Assembly (NCBI GenBank): GCA_003990765.1
Contig: RBNJ01000084.1
Span: forward strand, 1-42,795
Reading direction: 5' to 3'
Source of the DNA: Jimgerdemannia flammicorona
Lineage: Eukaryota
Length of the DNA: 42,795 nt
The notes under the pieces: generated by a model
The model's input: the letters and a program-made list of their open reading frames with translations, nothing else
What the model was told of the DNA's origin: nothing
The model's database searches: none
Position numbers and translations under genes: made by a program
Shown here: in pieces, positions 1-12,319 of the stretch
Position numbering within the stretch: the stretch's first letter is position 1
How the letters are laid out: each line of letters starts with the position of its first letter

Positions 1-3000
1 CCCCCACCCATCCCCCAACCCCGCCACCAGCTATTCAAAATATCCAACATCAACCATTCCCACTGGGTCATCTTGTCACTAACTCTGACCCGGTGCCCTT
101 CCTCAAATACATAAACCCAATGCTTAGCCAGCCCAACCCATATAGCCAAAGCCCAACTAAGGGTCAGCCATTCATCCCCAACTCCACCCACCAGTCACTG
201 GCAGAGCTCTCCCCATCTCCCCCCTACCTCTCCCTCCATGGCACCCAGCCCTACTCTGTCCATAATACCTCTCCAAAACTCCTCCAAAACCTTGCATTCA
301 CCAAGCCAATGTTCAGGCATTTGTATCACTCTGTCCTCCTGACCAATATTGAAACAATCCTCACACTTGAATACCCCACCATCCATCAAGTGTCCAGACC
401 GATAGTTCAATATCACATTCTGCTGTAGGACCCACCACTACACCACCCAGAACTTGGGGGGACAGCTACTACCACACCTGTTTGCTCCAAAGCCAGAGTC
501 CATTCCAATCCCACTCCTCCCCAATTCCAACCCTCTGCCAGGCTTCTGGCCACAGGTCCCCACCTAGGCCTTGCAGATACTCCAGGCCCTCACCTAGCTG
601 AAAGTCCTCCACCAGAACACCACCCAATAGAAGCCTGTCCCACCGCCACATCCATGGTCTCCAAACCTCCTCAGCTTCATCACCTCACTACCGAAGTCCA
701 ATCTTCTTAGCACCATCCACCACCTCCCACCAAAAGCCCATAAACCGCATCTTCCTGCTCCCTTCCATGGCCACCATCGCAAGCTGATCCCCAGAGCCAC
801 CACGTGGGGAGTACCGAACCTCCCACAACCTCTGCATGAGTGGCACCCACTCCCGCCCCCTGAGCTCACTCGCCCTTCACAGCCACCAGGCTCTCAGATA
901 TAGAAGCCACTTAGTAAAGTCCACTAGGCCCAGCCCACCTCTTTCCAAGGGCAGTGTGAGCACCTCCCAACCAATCTGGCTTCGCCACCCTCCCCAGATC
1001 CATGACCTTGCCATCTTCAACAACTCCTTAACCACCCAGGTTGGGAAATCCAAATGATATCCAACATACCACAGCTTCGGCATCCAGTACATATTCAACA
1101 CCATCACCCTTCCAGTAAGGGACATATGCTGGCCTCCCCATCTCAGCAAGATATTACCCCACTTCAGAAGTTTATGGTCCCACCATGCCTGGGGAAGAAG
1201 AGATCTGAACACCAAGAAGTAGATCCCCAAGTAGCACACTGGTTCACCTGCTGGTACCACCATCCCAATAACATCACCGCCAACAATTCCAGTACCTAGC
1301 ACCAGCATCTCACATTTGTGCCAGTTAAGTTTAGCACCAGAACCCCGCTCATACCATTCCACAGTCCTCTGCAACTCTCCCACATCTCCCAAGGAGCCCA
1401 GCCTGACTACCATATTATCAGCAAAGGCCCCCACCTTCCAGTTCACCCCTAAAATGTCCAAGCCTCCAATCTTACACCGAATCCTGTCCAGTAGTGGCTC
1501 CAGGGAAAGAGCATACAATATGGGTGACAAGGGGTCCCCTTGTGGTACCCCACATCTCAGGGGAAAGGTCACCCCCCTGTAGCCATTGATGACCAATGCC
1601 ACCTGACTGTCCTCCAAGAGGCTGATTAATGATCTTCGGACCCCTGGTGGGATATCAATCCACTTCAGCACTCCCTCCAGCCATATTCTCCGCACTCTAT
1701 CATAAGCCTTCTCTTGGTCCAGAAACACCAATCTGCCATCCACCCCTGTTGCACAGGCACCTTCAATCACTCTATGAACCCAGGCTGTCCCATCTCGAAT
1801 CAACCAACCACTGACAAACCCACATTGCTCTATACCAAGAATCTGCTGAGCGATGCCTTACAACCTCATCACCAAGATTTTTGTTACCAATTTGCAGTCC
1901 ATGTCGAGAAGTATAATTGGCTGCCAGTTCTTCCAGTTCTCTTGCCTACCCTTGTCCTTAAAGAGCAAAGAGACCAGCCCTAAGCACTGTCCCCCAATCC
2001 AGGCACCAGACCGAAGAACTCCATTACACATAGCAGTCATTTCCTCTAGCACCTCACCCACCCCAGTCATCTTCTGCCAAAAATCCCAGAGAAGTCCATC
2101 CTCTCCTGGAGCTGTCCCCTTACTCATTGAGGCCACAACCCTGCAAATCTCCTCACTACTCACTGGGTCCCCCAATGCCCCAAGCCCCATCGCAGGGTCC
2201 AGGTGCCAATCCCCCAGCTGTCTTTCAATGTTCAGGGCATCCAATCCCCCATCCTCCTCACTCCAAAGATTCCCCCACCGGGTTTGCAGGAGGTCCAGAA
2301 TCGCCAGAGTCTCCACCACCAGCTTGCCATTCTCATCCAAAACTCCCTCCCACTGCTGCCTTGTTTGTCATGCTTGTAACAACTGTGACAAGAATCTGGT
2401 AGGCCTCTCCCCCTCCTCAAGCCTCTGCCACTGCAGGTGGGCCACTATTCCCTGCAGCTGCTCCTCCTCCTCCCTGCATAGCACCCCTTTGAGCTCCTCC
2501 ACCTCCTGCCAGATCCTCGCAATACACCAATCAGTCACAGCCCCATCCTCCAGCACACTTGCCCATCTCTCCATGAGTGCTGCCAGACACCGCGAGGCCC
2601 ACAGCTCCCACTGTCTTCACTAGGCACACTTCCCTTTCCCTGCTTCCCTCCAATACTCCTGAGCCTTCGCCTTCAGCCTTCTTCAGCGGTCCCCAATCTC
2701 CAGTCCTTGTTCCTGCCACCTGCTGATATTTCCAACCACCTCTGATTCCCATCCCTCCCACAACACTCTATTCTCCAACAGGGAAGAATTTAGTTGCCAA
2801 TATCCAGGCCCATCCTCATTTCCCCCAAACCTCCTCCCTCCAAGCAGCCCCCAGTGATCAGACAACAGACACCATATGACTTCCAGCACTGACTAGACAT
2901 CTGTTCCCCAACACTCGTCAATCCTGGAGCCTAGTCCTGCCGCCCAGTAGGTGTACATCCACCGATCAGCCCAAAAATGTCTTCCTGAGTCTACTAGAGA

Positions 3001-3519
3001 ATACAACCTCTCCATCTCTAACCAGTTACCCAACCCACCACTTTCACTTTGCATGCCTTTCCCTCCATCAGTTCTGTCCAACTCCTTATCCCATACCATG
3101 TTGAAGTCACCCCCCATATAGTCTAACCCAACTTCTCCCAATACATCAGCCTCTTTCAATCTGCAGATCCATTCCACCCTCTCTCCTCTCTCAGCTGGGC
3201 AGTAACAGGACCTAACTGTCAGTGGGCCCCATCCAGGCCTCTTCCACACTCTCCACACCACCCAAGACCCCTAATGTCCAATGTTCCCAATGTCCCCCAT
3301 CCCTTTCTGAACAAGAATACACACTTTCCCCCTCCAAACTGCTGCACTCCCCCATTCCTTAGTCCAATCCTGTAAGTCCACATCTGCCTCATAACGAATA
3401 TCCTGCAGTAAGAAGAGATCCATATCTAGTCCCTTAAGCCAATTAAATATATACTTCCTCCTAGCCAACCCCCATAGCCCATTAATGTTCAATGAGAAAA
3501 TCCTAGTTGTACTATTCAT
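1..3519 (-). pseudogene. LINE ORF2 (APE endonuclease, reverse transcriptase, C-terminal Cys/His finger), disrupted
   Basis: EN motifs IFSLNINGL, LLQDIR, GGDFN, SRID, SDH. RT motifs APGEDG, NWQPIILL, FLDQEKAYDRV, GVPQGDPLSP, AFADN, LPLERGGLG. C-terminal CEDC...H....C in ORF 195-416. The frame is split by in-frame stops. Confidence 0.93.
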
Positions 3520-3564
3520 ATTGAAGAAATGTTGCAATAGAGACCCCAACCTATAATTCCATGC

Positions 3565-5466
3565 TCATCTCATCTCCCACCAGATCCAAGCGCTGCTCAG
3601 CTTCCAATTCACCCTCTGCATTATTCTGAGCATCCAGTGCCCCCAAGATTTCCTAACATTCCACCCTGTCCACTTCCTCCATATCCACCCTGTAGTCCAA
3701 GCAGACAGCACGCCACTTCTCCAGTCTCTTTCTCGAATTCCACAAGAAAATTGCTCTGTCACTTGCAATCCTCCTAAGTTTCTCCTCTTGCTGATCATCA
3801 ACCTAATATTCAACTGACTCTAGGAGGACTGCCAGGATCTCATTCCTTATCTTCCTTGGCACCTCCTCTCCCCATAGGATCTTCTCCCAATGCTTCTCCT
3901 CCAACACCCTGAAGTCCTCACCCCCTAGCTCTTCAGCTGCTACCCCTTCCAAGGTCTTCTACATCCACTTCTCCTCATCTACTGCCTCTGCTGCCCCCTG
4001 AGCGATTTGTCCTCCATCCACCTCGGGGTCCACCAGCGTGCTCCTTCTCACCGACTCATCTCACTCCTCATCCGGCACATCCATCAGCTCCTCCTCCCCC
4101 TCTGCACCATTCAGAACACTATACTGAGGGTGTACACCCTCACCCATTTCGGCATCTGCCTCCAAATTGCCCTCCCTCTCCTCCCCACCTCCAATCCGAA
4201 CCCTGCCCTGGGCCATCTCTCTTCCCTCAGTCCAGGCACTCTCCCATGACCCTGTAACTCCCTCCCCTGAGCTTCCACCAGCCCCACCCCCACCCAACTT
4301 CATCAACAACTTCTTCTGGATCCTCCTCTCCTGCATCTTTTCCCAGGCCCCCTTCTCCATCCGGATCCTCTTCCCATCTACCTCCCCCACCACTGTTCTG
4401 GCCTCAAACTCCTTCCAGACCAATCTCCTCCTCGCCACTACCCCTTCTAGGTCCTCCAGAGCCTCCAACAGGTCCTCCTCCTCCTCCAGAGTCCCCTTCA
4501 CCCTGGTGACCTTACACTCCACCGGTCCCCACCACAGTGCCACTGGCCAGTCCCTTGACTTCCCCATATTCTCCTTCCCAGCCAGCCTCACCCTGACATC
4601 GATATTACCAGTTCTAAGCTCCGTGCCCTCCCAGACCTTGAACCCAACATCCACAATCTTGCCATACTCCTTGACTGCCTCCACAACCAACTCCCTGGTC
4701 CTTTCCTTTGACACAGTCAGGAGGTCCAACACCATCAACTGCACCACTCGGGGGTCCCAGTACAGGCACTGGGCCATAGGGACCACAACTCCGCTAACCA
4801 TCACCCCGTCTCCATAGCTGCCAATAAGGCATCTTCCTCCTCAAACCCCACCTCAACCCCTTTCTTTCTCCTCAAGAACTTCACTGATGCTACTCCCTTA
4901 GCCTCCTGCCCCACCAGCCCCAAAATCATCCTCGCTGTCACTGCCAAGCCCCAGAAGCACATCATGACCACAAATTCTGACCTCAACTTCTTGAGTAATG
5001 AGGCCGACACCATGCCCATCACTCCATCAGCCAGGTCCCCAGGCCTCGTGCCCACTCCAAGTTCCGAATTGCCAACCGCCATCACATCTGGATTTTCTGC
5101 CAGATCCCCAGTCACAGCCCCATCAACAGTCACATCTCCAGCCCCTACTCCGGCCCCTTCCCTACCACCAGAAGCACCCTGGGGTGTACCTCCCTGACCC
5201 CCAGCAGTAGCCATTGATGCCTTCCCCAGGCCCAGCCAATCATCTAGCCTAGAAGCCATCTTCCCCATTCTGACCTTGTTAGCAAAGGTCGACCTCTCCC
5301 CTCCTCTCTGCCTCAGACCACCCCTCCCTCCACCACCAGTACCTCAGCTAGCCATCAAGGCCCCTGACATCTCCAAACCATCCCCCCTCCTCCCCACCTG
5401 CTGCCAGCCAAAGGCACTGTCACCCCCCTGGCCAGTACACTCACCAGTTCGATTGTTGCCATCTAT
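3565..5466 (-). pseudogene. LINE ORF1 (nucleic-acid-binding gag-like protein), disrupted
   Basis: ORFs 5344-5529, 4801-5268 and 4061-4804 join across stops and include an STFANKV motif. They are homologous to the ORF1 pieces at 24563-24940 and 35115-36242. The probable ATG is mutated to ATA at 5466. Confidence 0.8.
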
Positions 5467-5548
5467 GTTGTTAGTCGTCAGATACCAAAAACATTGTAAA
5501 AAGTGTTGTCTGAGTCTTATGTCATCCAAATATTACTGGTGAAAAGGC

Positions 5549-6890
5549 CAACGAGAGCAACTGTCAATGATATCATCTCTGATAAAGTAGTTATCTAAGA
5601 AGAATAGTTTTTAGATTATGTCTCCTTATTCATTTATATAGTAATAGATTGAAATAATATCATTATCTCACAGGATAGTATCATCTGTTTTATATGCTGA
5701 GTAAGGTATCAGTAAGTGAAGAAGAGATATATCATCTTCACTTTTATTAAATTCACTATCTGTATATCTTTTATAGATAACAGCACTATGAGTTACAGAG
5801 TTGTAGTAAGCTGGTAGCTATAATTCATTTTATTTATACTTAAGGGATAGAGTTGTTGGTTCAATCTCAAGGATTGTCTGGAGGTACAGGTTATGTTCTC
5901 CAGTCTCTTCATTATAGTTGAAGTAATCAGATATAAATATAAATTAATACTCATGCTAGTGGTCATTATCTCAATAGGTCTTATAGATAGTTATGAACTG
6001 TTGTAAGTTTATCAGCAGGGTCAGTAGAGTGATCAGAGCTGACAGAAATCCTTAGCTGGAGATTATATCAATATCAGAGGGATCATTATCTTTAGCTTTA
6101 TTATTATCAAACTGAATTATATTATAGATATCCTTTATGGTATATCCAACTTAAAGCATTTGTAGGATATAGTCATCAGAATGGGGGAAGGATCTGTCTG
6201 TAGTTTAAATATACTCAATATACTTATGGTTAAGTTCTTGTACTATATAATTGATTTGACTATAGAACAGAGTAGTAATTATTTTAGTAGTAGTAACTTA
6301 GAGGTAGTGAATAAAGGTACTATATTTATAGAAGAGTTCTCAGTATTTATAGATAATGAGTTTCTGGTATTGAGACATCTGGATAATATCTATATCATGG
6401 TGATATTAAACTATATCTTCTAAAAATAGCCAATCTGGTAGTAGCTTGAGATTTGTCTAATTCAGTATACTTTGCTAAATATATTCAGGGCATTCTATTT
6501 AGCTTCTACAAAGTAGAGAGATTTCAAGCTATGGATATTTATAAGGAGTAGAAGAGGTGTGGCTTAATTGACAATGATATTCCAAATATTAGTATAGATA
6601 TAGTTGTAGATCTCAGTAGTTATGTTTGTTTATATATTTAAGAGTTATAGTTGTTTGTTTAATTTGTTATAGTTCTTTATTTTATTATATTTGTATTTTC
6701 AGTATATATACTTTTAGTCCTAATTAGTAAGACTTTATTTGTATAAATCTTATATTCTATAATTTTGAGTTGACTCAGCTTTATGTTCTATGACTTCAGT
6801 TTGACTCAGCTTCATAATCTTACATGTGATTTCTGGATTTGTTCTGAGGGTGATATGTGATTTCAGTAGCTTAGAGATTGTATACTTATA
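5549..6890 (-). mobile_element. Partial LTR of family B, interrupted by LINE copy 1
   Basis: Colinear with about 27500-28840 and in part with 41860-42444. Similarity stops exactly at the LTR end (tatacttata at 6890 vs tatactcata at 28840), and no PPT follows. Confidence 0.88.
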
Positions 6891-8082
6891 CTACTACTAA
6901 GAAAAAAGTAACTACATACCTATAACTAAAGATATATATCCAAATTCCAACTATATATAAAGCTATATCTAAGCTAAATAGAATAGTTCCCACTACTCTA
7001 AATAAATTAACAGATAAAGAAAAATCTCTTAAGAAATATAGAATAGTGAGTAGAGTCTAGCTTTTCTTAATAAAATAAGTAAGAAACTTATATATATATA
7101 TGATGAGAAGAGATATAATAGTTCTAGTTTCTTTATGAAGAAGTAACTAAGTCTGATAATTCTAGTGAGTCTAAAGTAGTTCGAAGAGATATTTATAGAT
7201 TTAAGTATTCTTAAAGAAATTCTAGAAAAAAATATACTGAACTTTATTTAAGTAGAGAATAAGAATATTTATATAAGATCTGAAAGAAATATTCAAAAGA
7301 ATTTTAAAAAAGAAGAGAAAAGCTAAGAAATAGATTTTTGACAAAAATGACTAATAGAATTCTACAATATTCCAAAAGGTTCTATAACTAGTAAAGATAA
7401 AATACTTAATACTAAGAAAAGATAAGAATGTTCTAGTAATATCTTAGTATTAAGAGAAGCTTTCTAGATATTTAAAAGATACTGAAATATAGTAGAATAT
7501 TTAAGAAAAGATAAGAAAAGACTAGAGAAAAGATATAAAAAAGTACTAAGACTAAGATATAACTGTGAAATTCTTATAAGAGATCTCTAATATCTCACTA
7601 CTTAAGTCTATAAGTCTTGATTATATTGCTATATCAGCTTCTAGTTCCAGTTAAGTATAGCTAAGATATCTAACTTAAGTTAAGATATAATCTTATATGT
7701 CATCAAGAGCTATTAAAAGTAATACTTACTATCTAATTATCTTATATCAATTAGAAGACTCTACCAATATAGTATTTGCTTCAGCTCTAATGATTACTAT
7801 ATACTAGTCTGATATCTACTAGTTTACTATAATTACTCTTTCTCTTATCTGTAATAGCTATCTTTCCTCCTATTCTGACTTTACTTAAAAAATAATTATC
7901 TATACCAGAACTATACTTACTGAGAAGCTTACTAAAGCTCAGAAGGCTCTACTATAGGTACTAGAAACCTATAGGTAATCTTTACTAGTACTTGATACTC
8001 AAGATTAGCTAACTCTCTATATAGTTTATAATATACTAAAATAATATCTTATTGATAATAGTAAAATGAAAATACCCAGATA

Positions 8083-8842
8083 CAGTACTCCTAAATAAAT
8101 AATTCAAATCAATTCAAAGTAGATATATATGGTATTTGAATTGATTTGATTTGATTTAATTCAAATATTATTTTTATTTCTAAATTAGATCACAAATGTT
8201 TTCCTCAATAACTTTATAAAATTTTATCTAATTTTGATATAACTAGTATTATTGGAAAGCTCTCTATAATGATTTTTCAATAACATCAAGAGTATCAAAA
8301 TTAGATAAAATCTTATAGAGTTATTGAGAAAAATAGTTATAGCCTAATTTGGAAATCAAAACAATGTTTAAATTAAATTCAATTCAAATATCATATATAT
8401 ATATTATAATGTAGCAGATGCAGAACTTGATGAGTTGGTTGGATTTTGTATAGGGGGAAGAGTATGTAAAGAAGACTTGTTTTGGAATTGAACTGACTTG
8501 ATCTGACTGAGGTTTATTTACTCTAAAATACTGAGTTATTTATACAGATTTGTGCACTAATTCTGCTACTAAATATGTGACTAAGTATTAAGTCTTTTTT
8601 GTGAAATTCTTAAGTAGAATCTCATGTGAAATCTTATCTGAAATTCATAAAAGTAATAAGAGTTTCACTGATAATATTTTAGATGCAGTGTCTATAGTAA
8701 AGATAATTTTCTACACTATACTAAATTAGAAATCGGATTCAGATACTATAATTAAATATCTATTTCCTATTTCTATTTTATACTATATGTCACAATATAT
8801 ATCCACTTTGAATTAATTTGAATCATTCATTTGGAAGCACTA
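8083..8842. mobile_element. Palindromic non-autonomous DNA transposon (MITE), hAT-like
   Basis: Perfect 8-bp TSD CCCAGATA at 8075-8082 and 8843-8850. Termini are CAGTA..GCACTA (ancestral CAGTG..CACTG). The arms are reverse complements almost to the centre at about 8265. Confidence 0.85.
8405..8794 (-). mobile_element. Solo LTR (~390 bp) nested in the MITE right arm
   Basis: Interrupts the palindrome within an (AT)n run. It ends in TGTCACA and begins with TATAAT, a transition-decayed TGTGAC. It has an ATAT TSD and TATA-like and AATAAA-like motifs on the minus strand near 8512-8545. Confidence 0.65.
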
Positions 8843-9050
8843 CCCAGATATAGTCAGAGATATCAAAAACTGCAAAAAAGTGGAGGAAGTACTAATCTGA
8901 TACTAATAAATTATAATTATCTCTCTTTTACTACTCTATAATAGATATAATTAACCAATCTGAAATAAAGAATGTATAAGTTGTAGAAAAGAGACTTGGA
9001 AGGTTGTTTACCAAAACCTTATAACCAGTATAATAGCAGAGAAAGAAGCA

Positions 9051-9260
9051 CCAGTTTTTAGCTTTGGCAGAAGTTAGTTAGACTTTTAGAGTTTAGTTAA
9101 AAATACTAAAGTAACTTAGAGATCATTACTAAAGAACTCAGGGAATATATATATGGAGAGGGATTTGTACTTAACTAAGAGCTAGTTTATTTCAAATACA
9201 ATTATTGGGATATTTATACATGTTGGCTAAGTAATATTTTATAGTTTTCTGGCTATCTAT
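9051..9260. repeat. Fragment of LTR family D (left part; target of element A)
   Basis: About 9060-9132 aligns with 42721-42795 (GGCAGAAGTTAG...ATCATTACTAA). Confidence 0.6.
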
Positions 9261-10774
9261 TGTCATATAGTGGTCGCTGAGTCCTTCAAATATGCTAGAT
9301 TCTCTTCAAGGTGTATCTCTTAGACTAACTCAAGTTTGTTATAAGCAAGTTCTTATTGGAGTATCTTCTCAAGGTCTTATAGTTCTCAAACTTCTTATCT
9401 TTAACTGTTTTGTTATCTCTTAGATTGTTTGCAAGAGAGTGTGTATAAGTAAAACCAGAACTGACTTTATTTCAGAGGAAATAAGAGGGGTATTTATACA
9501 AAATATAATTCAATGGTTGCTAAGATATAAAGCTAAATATAAATTCTAATAACTAAAACTACTAAGTTTCAGAGTTGGTACTGATGGTTGTACAGGTTCA
9601 GAATACTGGTATAATTCAGTATCACATCAGAATACTAGTGCTGGAACAATTTCACATCACTTCAGAATACCAGTACTAGCATTATCCAGTGTTACATGAG
9701 AATACTGATGCTGGCATTATCCAGTATAATAAGGAACTTAGAGCAGAAAGTTCAGGATCATGGAGGCTTCATCATCATTATCATCATTACTGAAGAAGAT
9801 GAGATCTGCGAATTCATCGTTTTCACATGCTTTGATGTCATGTGGGATGACATCATCACCAATGACGTCATCACATTTGGCAGGGAAATCAGAGGCTCTC
9901 TAATCTATGAGATTCTCTTCCACAAAATAAGGAACAAATGTAGAGTCTTGGGGAGGTCTAACCTGGATACTTGGGCCTTGGAATACTGAGATTAATCCTT
10001 GCAGAAATTGGTCTGAGTTGTTCTGAAGGATGGGATGCCAGAAGTCTTCTACTTCATCACTATTGAGGGTAATAGTGGACTGGGCTTCTGTAGCTACTCT
10101 GGCTTATAGGACATTGATACAGTGGGATGACAGGTCTCTGAAATCTGAGACTCTAATATACTCCAAGTTAGGGATCAACTATGGTGTATACCTGAAGATC
10201 TGATGGATCTTCTTAGCTGTTCTTGCCTTGTGTATATCCATAGGAGTGGTATCTTATAGCTCTTGAGGGCTGGCCTGTGGGAACTCCTGGCAGAAAAGGT
10301 TTTCTATTTTGTACTCCTACCATATTTGGAGATATTCGATAGTAATGATGATCCTTGTTTCCATTTTATAGCAGTAGAGGATAAAGTGATAGGGATCTGC
10401 AGTACCCAGGTTGACACTAGGAGTCCTCCTTGAGCAGGTCTCCATGGCTCTTCTGATGTCTTGGAACATTCTTTCTTCAACTGAGGTACCTTGGTAATTT
10501 CTTGACCATGAGGTTTAGCAGGCAGCAGGCATTTTATTTGTGGTAAGTCTTTGAGCTATTTTGGAATTGGTGGTTCTTGTTGGTTGCTGCTACTGCAGTT
10601 CCTTGATCCTTCTTTTATATTCTTCAGAATGCTTGTACTGTGGTCACAATGACTCACAGTTGGTCATCATTGCTTATCTCATATGCCATATGATCTTCTT
10701 ATGCTCCAATCTGGTGGCTTGCAAGGAAAGGCTATCTCCTGTGCTGATGTCATCATTCTAGAGTCACTGTTACA
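9261..10774 (-). repeat. 3' LTR of element A (1514 bp)
   Basis: TGTCA...GTTACA termini; direct repeat of 16473-17989; adjacent to the PPT. Confidence 0.95.
9738..10532 (-). pseudogene. LTR-encoded accessory ORF of element A (~265 codons), unknown function
   Basis: Same length frame as the 16950-17747 copy apart from one 3-bp indel. The stops read are TAA/TAG/TGA reachable by transitions. Confidence 0.65.
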
Positions 10775-10784
10775 TCTTTCTCCT
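10775..10784 (-). promoter_or_regulatory. Polypurine tract of element A
   Basis: AGGAGAAAGA lies directly before the 3' LTR on the minus strand. Confidence 0.8.
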
Positions 10785-11089
10785 GAATAAGGATCTTCTT
10801 GAGCATCCTTATTCATTAGTCCAGTCCTGAAAAATTTGCTGATTCCATAACCTCTAGCAGGAGTCAAAAAGTGGTGTTTATGAACTGGTGTCTTCTTTTT
10901 GTATTTTGGCATGATGGTGAAGGATCACTCTCTTCATATAGAACAAGGGTCTGATTCTGATCTTGACCAATTAGTTGATGGTTCAAACTCCTCTAACTTC
11001 GAAAGTCTCATGGATGAGTAGTTGCCAGTGCCATATTCCTTAGAGAATGGTCCAGACAGATAGCTTGCTGATTATGGAACATGCTATTA

Positions 11090-12140
11090 CAATTTGCAGA
11101 CTAGAACCTCACAGGCAGTCATTACATTTTGCTTCTCTTGTATAGGTTCATAGTACTTCTTGAGTCTGTTCCTGTATACTGTAGTAGACAGTATGGTCCC
11201 TGAGATTTTTCTAAGCCAGAAGGTGGTTCCCTTGATATCTTGCATGTAAAAGAGTCCTTCTCATTTGGGCTCCAGTTTTCACAACTATGAGGCTTCTACC
11301 ATATTTTGATATAGTAGAACCTTTTCTCTGATTCGGATGAGTTCTAGGGTCTTGTGATTCTTTTCCACATTCTTCCTTATCAGCACTTGTGACTTGGTGA
11401 TATAATCTTCAGCCTTCTTCCTGATTTGGTGTAGTCTCCAGATTTCTGCATCAACCCATCTCCAAGTTAGGTCTAGATTTGTGGCTGAGGTTCCATCAGA
11501 ATCTTCTTCTCTGAAGAGCAGCTCTCTTGGGGTAAAGTGTGTGCTCTGTGACTATATGTCTCATAGGATAGAGAGAGCAGTTGGGAGATAGTTATCCCAA
11601 TTCTCATATGTCTCTGAGATCTTTGCTAGGATGTTCTTGAGAGTCTTGTTGGTTCTCTCTGTCTGTCCATTTCCTTGAGAGTGGTACACAGTGGTCTTGA
11701 TGTGCTGGATCTTATATTTCTGATACATTATCTTGTGGAATCCATTGACAAATTCTGTTCCATGGTCTGTTGTAATTTGCTTTGGTGCCTTGTAGTGGCA
11801 GATGATTTCTCAGTATAGGAAGTTAGCTATAGAGAGAGCATTGGCTTCTTGTAGTGCTCCTGCCTCTATCCATTTGGTAAAGAGGTCTACAATAACTATA
11901 ATATAGCAGTTTTCTGATAGTGTTACTGGTAGTGGTCCAATGATATCCATTGTGATGTAGTGGAAGGAGATAGGCTCAATTCTTGATGACTCAGGTACCT
12001 GGTCTTGCTGATCTTGTTTTTGGCACTTGTCACACTCTTTGATGAATTGGTGCAGGTCTTCTTCCATCTTGGGCCACCACATGGTTCTTCTTGCCTTGTC
12101 ATATGTGTTAGTTCCTCTTAAGTATCCTTGCTTGTGTACT
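11090..12140 (-). pseudogene. Integrase (H2C2, rve core, GPY/F-type C-terminus) of element A
   Basis: WWPKM..CDKCQ, MDIIGPLP, VDLFTKW, TTVYHSQGNGQTERTN and KLEPK*EG..NRLKKY. No chromodomain seen. Confidence 0.9.
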
Positions 12141-12319
12141 TCCTTTATTACTTGATACTTTTTGTATTCAGATATTACTAGTTTTCCTCCTTTTCTGAGT
12201 ATAGTGTTGTCTAGTTCAAACTGTTTCTAAGTCTGGTTGATGATAGTAATTGTCTAGGGTTCAAGATGATTGAGCATCTTCCACTGTCCAAGGTAGCTGA
12301 GTAATCTATAGTATAGCTC

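Larger units (their letters stand above)
1..5546 (-). mobile_element. L1/Tx1-like non-LTR retrotransposon (LINE copy 1); 5' end intact, 3' end runs off the window
   Basis: ORF1 is followed by APE endonuclease, RT and CCHC fragments on the minus strand. The 5' terminus CTTTTCACCAGTAATATT matches the 5' ends at 25350 and 36652. Confidence 0.93.

Noticed and set aside
93-5542. Long plus-strand Pro/Ser-rich ORFs (for example 1853-2623 and 4167-4817; also 35704-36630)
   Set aside because: These are antisense shadows of the G-rich LINE coding strand and carry no independent motifs.
6891-8082. Very AT-rich tract, possibly a solo LTR (~7100-7560) inside a decayed coding sequence
   Set aside because: It is too mutated: I could not establish termini, a TSD or a protein motif, so it is left unannotated.
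9696-10761. Plus-strand ORFs duplicated in both A LTRs (9696-9989/16908-17204 and 10561-10761/17776-18003) and in B LTRs (6181-6423/28155-28373)
   Set aside because: The duplication just reflects the LTR repeat. They are antisense to the better-supported minus-strand ORFs; for example poly-Ile is the reverse of the poly-Asp run.
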